Below are positions 45,953 through 58,788 of a stretch of 64,000 nucleotides of DNA, in pieces. The position numbers and the translations under genes are program-made. Positions within the stretch are counted from its first letter, which is position 1, and every line of letters begins with the position of its first letter. This DNA is from Takakia lepidozioides (lineage: Eukaryota > Plantae > Bryophyta): contig CM060733.1 of assembly GCA_030704615.1 (NCBI GenBank), forward strand, positions 61,938,001 to 62,002,000, given 5' to 3'. Below the pieces are notes generated by a model that was given only the letters and a program-made list of their open reading frames with translations, was not told where the DNA came from and made no database searches.

Positions 45953-48900
45953 GTGGCCTGAATGGTTGGTGAAACATCACATTGTGGAGGATCAACGAGA
46001 ACAGCAACAAGTTCACCATGACGACCTATAGCAGGCCATGCTTATGAGTTCCATAAGCATGACACTCAATTTGTTGGGCACTTATGTGAAATCCCATGTT
46101 GCATCTACACAATTGGCAGCTTTGAGGGAGGAACTCAAGAAGGAGTTTGAGGCTAGAATTGCCACCGAGTGTGCAAACAAGGTGGATGAAGAGGTCAATC
46201 TCAAGTTGCAAATTGGAGGACACAAAGGCTGCCTTACAGTTGGCTAAGGGAGATTTGATTGAAGCAGGTCTCGAGCAGGACAAGTTGCATGAAGCACATA
46301 AGCAACAGTTATACCAATTGCAGGTGAAGCATGAGGGCAAGTTGCAAGAAGTGAACGTGCTACATACAGAGTTGGAGGCAGTTCATCAGAGAATGATCAT
46401 ACAATGTGCCACACTAACAACTGCTCTAGAGCAAACTGCGTTAGAAGTTAACAGACAAGGAGAGAGATGTATGATGGCAGAAGCTGAGATAATAGAGCAA
46501 GGGAAACTCATTGTTGATTTGAAGGCTACAATATGTCGCAATGAGAATACTTTCCAATAGTACAGTCAGGTTGAGGCTGAGAATGAGAGGTACATCCTGG
46601 AGTTGTAGCAAACACTTATGGTCCATAAGAATGAACTCTCTGTGGCTAACAAGGCTTGGAATGAAGCCAATAATTTGGCTGCTGCCTATGCGGCCCTGGT
46701 TAAACCTCATGTGAAGCGCATGGAGGCTTTACAGCAGTTGATAGATGTATACAGACTCAAGGAGGAGCAGACTCTCAGGGGTGCCACACAGGACATGGTG
46801 GATAATCACCTTATGCAAGTATGGTTAGCACAACTAGTAGAAGGCAAGGCACCAAGGAAGCTCACCCAGGGAGAGATGAATGATCTCAGATTCCAGGTGC
46901 AGAACATTGCCACAGGTACTATAGACAATGTCTATAGTAGGATAGCGGAGTTACAGGATGATGTGGAAGGCCTGCAGACTCAAGTGGATGACTTGAGTTC
47001 AAATATTGACAAGAGAGTCTTTATTCCTGAGGAGCAGCTGGTGGCTACTTATTTGCATGCCAGGACTCTGATTTTTCAGTCTTCTTCGCAGGAGGTGCAG
47101 AAGTTGCCAGTGGTAGAAGGGCCAGTGGTGCCAATATCACAGCTTACACAGCAGGTGGCTGACACTGTTGCTACTATGGCAAAGCCACAGCCTGAGGTTT
47201 GGGGGGATGCTGCTTTTAACCCACCTCGGACTCCTACTGCACGGGAGTACAGTCGGGCTATGATTATGCCCTTCAACCAAATTCCCATTGTGCTGGATTT
47301 GGCTTGGAAGGAATTTAGTCCTTTACAGTCGTTGGCACATTACTACCAGATCATGCGCATTTGGTTGCCAGTGGCAACTCGGACTAAAGTTCTTCCAAAC
47401 AATCGACCCATTGAGGATTATCACTTTGCAAGGTACTGGTCTGAGGCAGGCACCATGCTGAAGGAATTAATTGCCTTCCAGGTTGTACATGGATACATCT
47501 ATACCAAGACCAAGGAGGTATCTAGTATTGTCATGGGTTGTGGATTATACTATGCTGCTTGTTTCATGGCACGTTATCACATTGAGCAGCAGAAGATGCA
47601 ATCATGATTTCTGAGTTATTCCAGTGGGGATCATTGGGTCTTACCGTCAGTGCCACCTCATATGTACCTGTATGATGCAAAAGTTATGATGCAGAAGGAT
47701 TCCCAATTTTGTTCTTGGTTTAATTTGGCTTGGAACAACTTGGCAATGGAGAAATTGGGCCCTGATGATATTTTCTATAAGGGACATGAAGCCTGGAAAT
47801 ACTTACACTGTTCCAAAGTCATTGGCACACCTCTCACCTATACGGCTAAGGAGTTCAGGGCGTTCACTCATTTTGCTTGCATGCGCTTACAACAAGTAGT
47901 ACAGTTTAAGCTTCCAGACATGGTGGGCCAACATTGTATGCCACACAGGATTCCGGAGAAGCCACTTAAAGTTCGTCCGTTAAAACACCTAAGGGGGGAC
48001 GATGATTCTAATACTACTGGTTCTTCAGGGGACTCTTTTGACATGGCATAGGACTATGCACTTCAGATGGCAGAGAAGAAACGACGGGGATCTCATTATG
48101 CCTGAGAGGTTACCTCGTTATCAGCCACAGGAGGGTCAGACATTTCCACGTAGTGCTCAATCGCCTCCATCAGCCAGTGACAGGGCTCGGGCTCGCACAC
48201 GGAGTCCTTCACGAGACTCTCACCGTCAGAAGGGTGTTCGCTCACAAAGGTTTGTTGATCCTAAACAGTAAACCGTGAGGACACGGTTTTTGAGAGGGGG
48301 AGGGGTAATGTTAGAGGGCTGCTTGGGACTTAGACGCTTTTACGGGTTTTGTGGGGTACCCTTAATTTTTGCGCAGACTTACGGATGGTAGACTGAGACC
48401 GACAGGAGCCTTAGGGGTTGCAAGCACAGGCTTTAGGGGGGGTAGACAGCCCGACACAGCCAGACAGCTTCACACAGCCAGTCACAGTCCGTCATAGTCT
48501 ATCACAGCCAGACACAGCTTCACACAGCCAGTCACAGCTCGTCACAGTCTATCACAGCCCGACACAGCTTCGCACAGCCAGTCACAACCCGTCACAGTCT
48601 ATCACAGCTAGACACAGCCCGACACAGCCCGACACAGCTTTACACAGTCAGTCACAGTTCGACACAGCTTGGCACAGCCTGTCACAGTGTACATATGGAA
48701 CGGTTATCATTGACAGGGAATGACTATGTGGGAACGACATCTGCGGATGGAACGTGTTACTTCAGGGGTGACAGTTAGTTAGTTAGGTGGTTAGAACAGC
48801 TTGCGGGTAGATTAGGAGGGCGGCAACAGGAGGGGGATCACTTCTTGAGGAGCGGGACTTGTTCATGGGAGGAGGAGATAAAACGGAGAGCGAAAACAGT

Positions 48901-49314
48901 GAAGAGGAGATGATGACTTGATTGAGGCTTAATCCATGCAAGTTGTAGAATCATACAGTAGGGTAGAATAAGGACACCATGGCATTGGCCTGATACTTGA
49001 TTAATCTTAATCTGGAACTTATTCGATACAATCATACTGTGTAGAGAGACATGAGAGAAGCTGTGGAATGAATGAATGATTGATTGGAACTTGGTAGATA
49101 CTGAAGCAATCTGATGCTTCAGTATACACAGTAAGGTAAATTGATAACATGAAGGCAAGAAGGAATACAAATAGGAAGCACAACCATGATTCAGTAGCTG
49201 TAGGTCATGACTGATTGTTCTGAGCGGGCTGAGTGCTTAGAGGTATCCAACTCTTCTATCTTGGAGTTTCCACCTCGGATAGCGAAGGGATGGGTGCGTA
49301 AAAGCCGCTCGACA
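45953..49314 (+). mobile_element. Family C copy C5: degenerate 3' ORF, PPT, 3' LTR (48309-49314)
   Basis: ORF fragments 46038-48271 are homologous to the 1404-aa ORF; LTR TGTTAGAGG...GCTCGACA. Confidence 0.9.
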
Positions 49315-49872
49315 GAAACTCCAAGATAGAAGAGTTGGATATCTCTAAGCACTCAGCCCGCTCAGAACAGTCAGACATGACCTATAACGAATTAGAAGAT
49401 GATGAATCTTCAGGTCCTACATATATCCCCACCCACAAATACTTACACAAATATTTTGACGTGAAAGTGACAATGCAACGCATACCAAATGTGCAATATC
49501 ACATGCATGCATAGGGATATTGACGATGTTTTTGTAGAATATGTACCGGCCAATATGACAACTTGTAGAAGATTGAAAGTCGCTTCATGCCGGACACATC
49601 CACTTCACCGACCGTGCCCGCATGGGCCTCCTTCCATCGGTCTTCCCAAAACTACGGTAGTTGGGATACACCATCTTGCGAAGATGGCGGGAGCTATGTG
49701 CATCAAGATCATCGCCACAATGCAAGCACGCATGGTACCCTTTGGTGCTTAGCCCCGAGCAAATAGTTAGTCATGTACACATCCTGCCACATTAGCCAGA
49801 CAAGAAGTTATCATGTGCATGGCCCATAGTGCCATCTACCCCACTATGGTGCACAAGACTGTCGCCGCTACT

Positions 49873-52800
49873 TCAATCAATCCTGATATTATCCGGCCTT
49901 GACAAGTAAATGTACGCGGGTTTGCGTAAGACTCTGGGTTGCGTTTTCCATGCCTCAACGAAATCCCGTTTCTTTTTCAGCGACATATTGTTGTTGTCAT
50001 TTACAGGACGGAAGCTCTTTGCTGCCGCAGGATGCAACATTCCTGCAGCACTCTTGGCGAGAATATCAACAAGCTGCCAGATACAAAGAGAAGACAACAC
50101 ATGTTTCTCCAGGTATTTGTCGTCACCAACAATGCGAAGTATGTCTGTAAATTCTTCATCCATGGAGGATGGTACGAGGACAGGCTCCGCATCATAGGCT
50201 GTGGAAGGGCCCTCTGTTGCATTTCCCAAACCCTCTTCGTCGCCGTCACTTGCATGAACCCTAAACACGTTATGCAATCCTCCATGAATGGTTCCCAACG
50301 CCGTGCCACAAGTGCACTATGAGTCCATCCTGCAAGTGTGGATGAAGCAACTTCAGGACTCGGACTTGATGCTTGCACAAATTGCCCTTCATTGCCCATG
50401 GGCAAGTGCAAGAAGCCCATTCGCATCCGGGGTTGTAAACAGTGTAAATTGTGTTTGGTTGATTGGTGCTTAGAACATAGGCTGGCTGCCCAGGATGAAA
50501 CGGAAGAGTGACATTGCAAGCTGGGATGTTGCATGCCGCAAGCACAAAACTGGACATGTACTTCTTCTGTCTGTCATTCCTTATGAATCCGTGCGTTTTC
50601 AGGTGAATTGCATACCAGTAGTGTGTTAGTACACGGCCTGTGAGTTCCCATATGAACCAATCCACTCTACGCCCAGTCATTTTGCCTTTCCCCATCCTCA
50701 GTCTTGCCTTCAAGTTTCCATGGTATGCCTCAATGCTAGCGTTTGTGTCTTGACTGGCATGCGAAACATGGCAAGCTGCTGTACACCACATTGCTATTCT
50801 AGGACGCCATTCCTTATTGATGTAGTCCAGAAATTCATGCCCATTCGGATATTTCTTTCTCATGCCTTGGAGCGTTGTTGCTACCCACGCAAGACCTTCT
50901 TTGGGATTGCTTGGTCGACCTCTACAGTACATGAGGTCTCCCATATCTTTCAGCAAGTTTGTGACAGTGATAGGATCTTTGGTTTTCGCGCATGATTGCT
51001 TCACCCCAAGCCCGCAGGACATGCCAAAGGCATAGGAAAATGAGCACTTCTCGGAAAACAGCCCTGCAAAGTACACATGCCCACATGAGAGACTTCAAAG
51101 AGGACTTCGCCGGTGGACTTGGGCACTAACCCAGTAGACTCTCTGGTGGATTGGTCTGCCCATCTGTTCCAGTGGACTTGCCTGACGGATTCAGCCAGCA
51201 GACTTGCCCACTCTGACCTGCCATGAGTGTTGCCCTCACGAGACCGCTAGCAGACCTGACTACGCTGACCTCGCAGCGGACTTACGTAAGTGAGTCTTGC
51301 AACGGACTTGGCCAGAGGGCATTCCGAGCGGACTGGGTTGCCAGCAGACTTCCGAACAGTCCCCTCCGGCGGACTCGCCATCCAGCGGACTTGCTCGACC
51401 AGACTGAGGTCGCAGTAGACTGGCGCACATGAGTCTTGCAGCGGACTGCTTGCGAACAGTCCTCTCCAGCGGACTGGCCTGCCAGTGGATTTGCCCTTAG
51501 GAGACCGACAACAGACTTACCCAGACTTTGTTGGCAACACACCCGAGCAGACTGACCTTGCAGCATACTTGCGCAAGTGAGTCTTCCAGCGAACTTCGCT
51601 AGAGGACATTATCAGCGGATTGGTTTGCTAGCAGACTTGCAGAAAGGATTGGTCCGGACTTGCGGCCAGGACTATATTGTATGGCAGGGGACTTGCCAAA
51701 GAGACAGACAATGGACGCACGCGGCGGACTTGCACGCGAGTGTACAGGAGGGTACGTGAAACTTACGTAATGGCGTTTATTTCGGCGTCGGCATCGTCCA
51801 CAATGAAGGCATTGGGTCGCCAGTCCGGCATTTCTGCGAGGAATGAGTCCTGCAAGGCTGCCATCCACGGCACCGGGTCTGTCGTTTGCTCACGCGTGCA
51901 TATGATGTACGCAACTGGTATACCGTTAAGCCACTCGTCGAAGACCATCAACGTGTACAATGGGAACTGTTCAAATGCAGAATGTCAGATGCTGCCAGTG
52001 TGCGTACATCCATGAGTTCTGCAAGCGGATAAATTGTGACAGGGATGAAGACCTTGTGGTGATTTGTCCCGAAGGTTGCATCGCATGCAATGATACGGGC
52101 ATGGCCTAATTGAAGCATTCGCTTCTTTTGCCACTCAGTCTGTATGCCGATTGTGAATGTTAAGTCGCCATCGTAGTGCTTGAATGTTGGCGCCAATTTC
52201 TCCTCTTGATAGAAGAAGACCAATTTCGGGTTCTAGTCTTTCCACATGCGGACACTCTCCGCATCGTTGGCATGTTTTTTGAACGTTTGTCACGCCCGTT
52301 TCTCGGCCAGGTTACGCACATCTTGCTCCAACAAATAATCGTCCCGTGTCCATGCATCCCCCAACCCGGTGTTGTTCATGACGTGCTCTTTATGTTCCAT
52401 CATGATTTGGGCGACTGACAGGCCTCGACACAGACACTCCATGACCCATGCTTTCAATTCCTCGCTAATGTGTGGTGCATAGGCGTGGCGAGTGTTCCTG
52501 AACTCAGCGGACTTCCCATGACAGACGTTCTCTTTCGCGTCTGTATGCTCCATATTGTTGTAGTACGTGAGGACACAAATGTCGGGGGCAAGATAACATT
52601 GCTGGACCTTGAAACAGCATTGGCAACCATGCTTGTAAGACTCTCCATATTCCGACTTCTTTCTCCTTGGGCCTTTATGAGGGTGAGATGTTCCAGCACC
52701 CACAAGAGGTCCTCCACGTTTCAGTTTGGGATCCTCCATTATCGCATTGTTGGTGCGCTTGTCATCTGGACCGTAGCAGCATTGATACCTGGACATAAAA

Positions 52801-53237
52801 ATCACAATCGATATCAATCGACTTATGGAAGCATGAAATCACAGTACGTGGGTACGAAAAATGGCAACAGACATGCAATCAGACTACAAAAGGATGATGA
52901 GGATGGTGCACATATGATACTGTTCAGAAAACTGTTGGCTCTCGGCTCTTTTAGCATGTCGGGTTGCACTTTAATATGGACATTCACCCAAAACTGAGTG
53001 GGGTAGTCCAACAAACTCTCATCTCCAAGGAGAAAGTCATCAACTCTATCCCACGGTATGCAGGCCTTCTGAACATTCACTCGCGCACCCATATAATCAT
53101 ATTGCGTGTCTCTCTTCCAACGGAGGTCCTTCGTGTTGAAGGGTCCTGGTTTGGGTGTTTGCAAAACTTTGTCGAAGAGGCCGTATAATCCAACTTCCCG
53201 TTTTTAGTATATCATCGTCTTCTGCTTCCACGTCCAT
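49873..53237 (-). pseudogene. MULE family M3 transposase-like pseudogene (WRKY/FAR1-like N-terminal zinc domain, DDE core, SWIM finger), spliced
   Basis: CCYGP..GCQC..H..CH; ACDATFGTN (D1), FIVDD (D2), CLWH (CxxH, after splicing out 51064-51766), TNASIEAYH (E); SWIM CTCPW..LCKH. Confidence 0.85.
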
Positions 53238-53439
53238 GCCCTGTACAGTACAGAGGACACGCTTCAGAACCTGCAAGAAATGTGTCACAGTACACTGGAC
53301 ACGATGGACAACGTGCAAGGAGCATCAGTGCGTACGTTTGCGGCTGCTGGCAAGCGGAAGGGAAAAGGTTTGAATTCATGCCCTAAAAATGGAGGGCTCA
53401 GATGGCATTTACGAACGGACGGTCCAGATGTGGCATCAT

Positions 53440-53800
53440 CAGTGGACTGGAGGAAAGCGGAGTCATGGGCGGCGGACTGGCGGGCAAACTGTTGGGTGGA
53501 CTGGCCGGGACTGATACGGTGGACTGGCCGGGATGGCGCGGATGGGTTTCTCAGAATGGACGATCCAGATCCTTCGGCCGGCGCGGACTGGCAGACTGGG
53601 GCAGCAGACGGGCACAGCAGCGGACTGTTGGGTGGACTTGCGGGGACTGGCGTAGCGGACTGGCGTGCACAGCGGACTGGCCGGCAGACTGGCAGTTTGG
53701 CGGACTGAGGGGAACTGGAGTCACGGGCAGCGGACTGGCGAGCGGACTGTCCACGGCGGACTGGGGGCGTGGCAGAGCGCGGGCGCGGCTGGTGGGGCCG
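53440..53800. repeat. GC-rich GCGGACTGG motif array upstream of the M3 transposase
   Basis: About 9 GCGGACT copies plus TGGACT/CAGACT variants; the same motif fills the 51064-51766 intron. Confidence 0.8.
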
Positions 53801-54568
53801 CGGCCTACCCGGACCCCCCGCCCGCAACTGCGCGCGGTCACCCAGCTGCTGGGGGTGCCGGGCGTCCGTGCGCGGGGCCCACCGGTCAGCTCAAGCGTGC
53901 GCACGTCCCAATTATTGTAAAATGAGTGGCGAGGAAATGTGGTGCACCCCGAAAAATGAGAAACAGGTGGGCAGGAGTGTGTGTGCATCAAAGACACGTG
54001 ACAAGCACAAGTCTGAGGAGCGAGAGTTAGGAAAGTGCAGGTGTCACTGCACGAAGAATTTCTCCGTCGTGTGCGGCGCATGTATGCAATGACACGATGA
54101 CGTACTGAGATGGAGATTGAAAATCAGACACATGGCAGCCCACATGGCGGGTCAAGTGCAAGATGCGGTGGCCGACGCGGAAGAAGCAAGAGAAAGGTCG
54201 AGCGCTTCCTGCCGCCTTCGAAAATTGTGCCCATCTGGACTCCCCTCTTTCCAGACACCATCCGAAACGCGCTCTCTCGCTGCTATATATCCCGCTCGCT
54301 CCAGCCCTTATTCTAACTTCTGTCAGCATTTCAAGCGCGATCCTCTACGGCAGCTTACAGGTTTTAACTGCATCCAATATTCTAGAGATCAGTTTCAAGA
54401 GTCTCATACAGGTTACCAACCCCCCTCAACCACCCCCACTTTTAAAGCTACCTAGAGGGACGACGGAGGGGTAAAGCTGCGAGACAAAGCTGGGGGAAAT
54501 CAAGTTCACTAAGGATTGATTTACCTTCTTAAAACTCTTGTGCAGCGAGTTTCTCGAGGATATTCACC

Positions 54569-54772
54569 ATGGCCTCCAGCATGCAATCGGTGAAGAGAAT
54601 TGCAGTGAGTGGCTTGGTGGTGATGATGGCAGCTATTGGAGCAGTTACAGTGCAGGCTCAGGCTACAGCCCCGAGCCCCCCTCCAACAAACGGGGTTGAT
54701 TCTTTGCTACCAGCTCTAGCCGGCCCTGTCGTGGCCAGCCTGCTCGCATATGTACTTGCAAAAGCATGGTGA
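54569..54772 (+). CDS. Arabinogalactan peptide (AG peptide), probably GPI-anchored
   Basis: 67 aa: signal peptide ending VQA-Q, short TAPSPPPT core, hydrophobic C-terminal GPI-like signal; good start context CACCATGG; TATA-like CTATATAT at ~54283. Confidence 0.8.
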   Translation: MASSMQSVKRIAVSGLVVMMAAIGAVTVQAQATAPSPPPTNGVDSLLPALAGPVVASLLAYVLAKAW

Positions 54773-56801
54773 GCCGACATTTGAGAAGCTCGTTCTTCGC
54801 AGCGTCTCTTGGGTATCCCAATTTGGCGCCTAGAATATGAGTCGGGCGTGGACTGTGACTTCTACAGTTTATCCTTTCGTTTCAGCAACATTAATACATT
54901 TGAAGACCCAATTGGTGATTTATGGTAGTTCCTGGTGTGACATCTACAGCGTGGTGGACGCAAGGTGTGGACAGATTAGAACAAAGTTAGGAATACACGA
55001 TTACACCTGTACAGGAAGGTCTCGATAGACGAACAAAGGATCTTCTTCTAGGACACATACTCGGTAGCCTACTTTAGGAGGCCATAAACCAAAATTTGGG
55101 TTGAGCAATCTGATGTACTACTTGGCTTCTTTGGTATTCTTGGCACTCCTAGTAAAGCAGTTTATTTGCTTTGTGGCATACTACTACCTCGGATGTTTAT
55201 GGCATACTTGAGTGTTGTTTGCAGTCTTTTTGCTCTTCAGACAAATCTGCATTTCACAATCGTCTCGCCTCTGACGAAGTTCCTTTGCCAAGAGCCTCAT
55301 AGTCATTGCAGATTGTGAAATATCCGGTTAGATTCAACTGCTGTGCTTCGACATGTCCACCTTATTCGATGGATACATCGGAAATGTTCCACTGGCATGT
55401 GGAAGTGGTAGTGACCCCGTGGTTCTTTGCGTGGTGAATACGAATCACAATATCTGGTCTTTGGTTTGTATTGTTCTGAAATCTCACAACTGCAAGTAGA
55501 CATTGAGGCCTTGATAGAAAACAAGGGATGGTGGAAACCGCTGATGCAATTCCGATAGTCTTCATGCGTTTCAGTGATCTGAAAATCTGTCTTCAAAGGG
55601 ACACTAAAATAATTTTGCAAAGGGTTGCATAAAACTGATCAGTGCTCATTTCGGAACAAGCTCAGAGTTTCACAAGCTGCTCAAACCTCAAACCTTGCAG
55701 TGATGCATGAGTTGCAGGAGAGGCAAATATGAAAATAGAAGTGTGTGCTCTTCACTTACAATGACACAGTCTTTGATAGATTGGAGTACTTGGAAGTGAG
55801 AATAACAGATTGACATAAGTTATGCTTTATATAGCCTGGGGAATTGCAAATATCACAGTTCTGCGCATGTTCCTGCTGATTACCAAGGGGTCTGTCCATG
55901 CACTCACCCACCTGGTAGTGCATGTACCAATGCAGACTCCAGAGTGAATGGCCAGATATTGACTCACACCTTAAGACCTGCCCTGCTTACTGCAGGCACA
56001 TATTGATATACAGCAACACAACAAATAACTGACTAGAGCATTCAGCTTAGATCTGGAAGAAAATATTGAAGCCAACTGAACACAATCTCTTCTCTCCTTC
56101 ACTTCTCAGCCTTTCCTGATTTTTTAGAATAGCCATGTCCCAAGTTCTAAGTGTTCTTGTACATCTACCAACACATTTACCTTTCCTCCCCCGGCCCCCA
56201 CCTCTTGACAATTACCTTGTCTGCCATGGTGCGCCATGGAAAGAGCTGCATCAGCAGAGCGTGCCTGACAGAGGCACAGCAATACCTCATGAGGCCAACA
56301 TTTGATGTGACTTCCAAATACTCAACTGGTTCTGTTGCATTGGAAAATGTCATGACTGTTGTCCACAATAGAACGGAAAACTCACACTTCAGCTTATTTA
56401 CAAGCAATCCCCCTTCCTAAGAATAGCATGGGAAGAAAGACAAGACTCAGTTACCGTATACTTGTCATGTACATTTTGTTCACATTGAAAGATTGCAAGG
56501 TGCTAGCACCTAAAACCCAACTTTACAGTTCATGCATGATCTGCTCCTGAATCTAACTAGAAACATAGAAAGCTTGCGAGTGAGGCAGAATAAAAGAATT
56601 CAATACCATTAAAAACTGACAAGCTTACCCTCCGTTCTGCCAAAGATGTTTGAAAACCGAGCTTCATGAAGAAGAGGAACTTTCCAAGGCGGCTTGACAG
56701 ACCTCATACGTCCCCCCTATGCTTTTATTCATCTGACATTTTGTATGCAAGGGGTTGTCCCTTTGTGGATCATGATCCAGATCTACTTCCCGAAAAAGGG
56801 A

Positions 56802-57233
56802 TCAAGCAGCGCAACAAGGATCATGAAATGCGGGTGCATCGCTGCCGCTCCGAAACAGAAAATATCCCAAGGCCAACCCCGCCAAAATGCTCAAGAAAAC
56901 TCCTCCGTTATATGACATCACCGCAAGCATAATCATGTATCCAATTCCCACCGTAATGCCAAGCAACACAGCCTCCCAGATCCTCTTCCCTTCATTGGCT
57001 TGGGGTCCCCGTACCTCTCTCAGAAGGGGGATATGGGGGTCAGATTTGGGGTGAGCAGGGGTGCGTGCGGGCGGTATGCTAAACATATCCCGCAGGCTGG
57101 AAAGCCACTGATGGAACACAGACACGAGGAACAAGACCACAAGCGTAAGAACATACCCAAGCCATGTCTTGACCACCCATGCATCAAACAGAATGTTCAC
57201 GGACTCGCCCCAGTAGAATGTAATATGCATCAT
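56802..57233 (-). CDS. COPT: COPT/Ctr copper transporter (COPT5-like, short N-terminus)
   Basis: MMHITFYWG N-terminus, three TM segments, MxxxM (MLAVM), SYNGGVF, GxxxG (GLALG), C-terminal PCCAA. Confidence 0.93.
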   Translation of the reverse strand: MMHITFYWGESVNILFDAWVVKTWLGYVLTLVVLFLVSVFHQWLSSLRDMFSIPPARTPAHPKSDPHIPLLREVRGPQANEGKRIWEAVLLGITVGIGYMIMLAVMSYNGGVFLSILAGLALGYFLFRSGSDAPAFHDPCCAA

Positions 57234-58788
57234 GGCGCCCTCTCTGGTCACGCTCGCTTCCTCCTCTTACTCTGTACTGCAAACAGAGCTCCACCACCCG
57301 CGACAGCTTCTCAATATTTAACAATAGGGAGTTCAATGCGGGCACGTGTGGTTTCGGCGGGGCCCGCATTTGGGAGAGGGGGTTGCGACGGGTGGGGCGC
57401 CCCGTACCCGGCGGGGTCACTGTGCCCGGGTGAGCCGCCCCGGGGCGCGCGCAGGGCAAGCGAGAGGAGGAGCAAGTCTGCTGGGCCCACCAAACACCTG
57501 AAATATGTAGATAAATTCTAGCGACAGCCGAAGGTCGAGAGCTAGTTTAACGTAGAGCAGGAATAGGGTGCCATAGTGCCACGTCATCATCACCACGTTT
57601 CGTAGCCACCTGTCGTCGCCATGTTTCGTACGTCGTCAATTTCTTTCTATCTGCCCGGATTGCCCAAAAAATCCGAAAATAACTTCTTGAACGGTACTTC
57701 ATCGAGAGACTGACCCTTTTCCTCCCTGCTTCTATTTGATGTTCAAAGGAGAGAGAGAGAGCGCAATGGCTACATAGGTTGATAAGGCTTGGCATTTAGA
57801 ACAGGTTTAGATAGGTTTGGCTTGTCAAGGCGATCTATAATATACAGCCATGAAGTGTCAAGAAGGGTTAGAAAGAGCTCGACTATACGGAGGGCATTTC
57901 TTCAAACGGCGCATCCGGGAGAGCCTTCTCCAGTGAGAATCCCAGGAAAAAAGGTGAGCATATTTTAGAGTTATTGAAAGAACCCTTTGTGTGCCAAGAT
58001 CAAGAGGGATTGATTTATAATTGTCGGAGGGTGAGCATAGAACACTTCGTTTAGCAAGCGGGGTTGCTTCAGGATTATTGTTGGCTGGTGCTGGAGTCCA
58101 ATGTGGGCTATTGGCTCTTGTTAGTACCATGATTTGGTATTCTTCCTGATGTTTACAAGGTTCTTGCGAGAGCCAGCTTGGTCTTGTCAGGCCGTGTTTC
58201 AATCTCTGCCTGCTTAGCTGCACCGTGGTGGTTCTCACAGACCGATCCGACGTAACCTGACTACGGACACAAGCAGCACACACAAGAGGTCCTTTTGGGT
58301 TGATGGTCTCCATGGGTCATGACACAACGTCAAGGACAATGTGGTGAGGGCACCTTCTTCTTCAATCTATTTCCGCCTGTTTTGCCCTCTCATCAGACTT
58401 GGCCCTGAGATGCATATTGAATTCTGTAAGTTAGCTCGTTGGATGGATCTGTGGTGGTTTGGAATGACTTGGACAAGTTACTGCTGATGTGGGAGCAAGA
58501 AAGTATCCAAAAATAAATAATAAAGATGAGGAGAAGCTTTGGAATGAACACTTTTCCGACCTCAGTCAATGGTAGGACAATGGAGACAAAAAGGTGAATG
58601 CCTGTCGGACTACAGAGAGAAGTAGATGCAATTTAGATTACCTATGATTCCCTGTGGATCAATAGCTATAGAAACCTGCATGGGTAGATGGTCAACTAAA
58701 GGCATCAGCTGCAGCGGCACAGTTGATAATACAAGCACCTCAACCATGACCACAGCTTCGGAAAGAGGATCAAGAGAAGGAGTCCACA

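Noticed and set aside
49873-53237. Functional domesticated SWIM-finger host gene
   Set aside because: Frameshifts and stops plus repeat arrays indicate a decayed transposon copy.
55000-56700. Possible spliced gene or spliced COPT 3' UTR on the - strand
   Set aside because: Some donor-like motifs are present, but no coherent ORF can be assembled without transcript data.
57260-57700. GTAC copper-response elements upstream of COPT
   Set aside because: Only about four GTAC cores in ~450 bp, too close to chance expectation to call.
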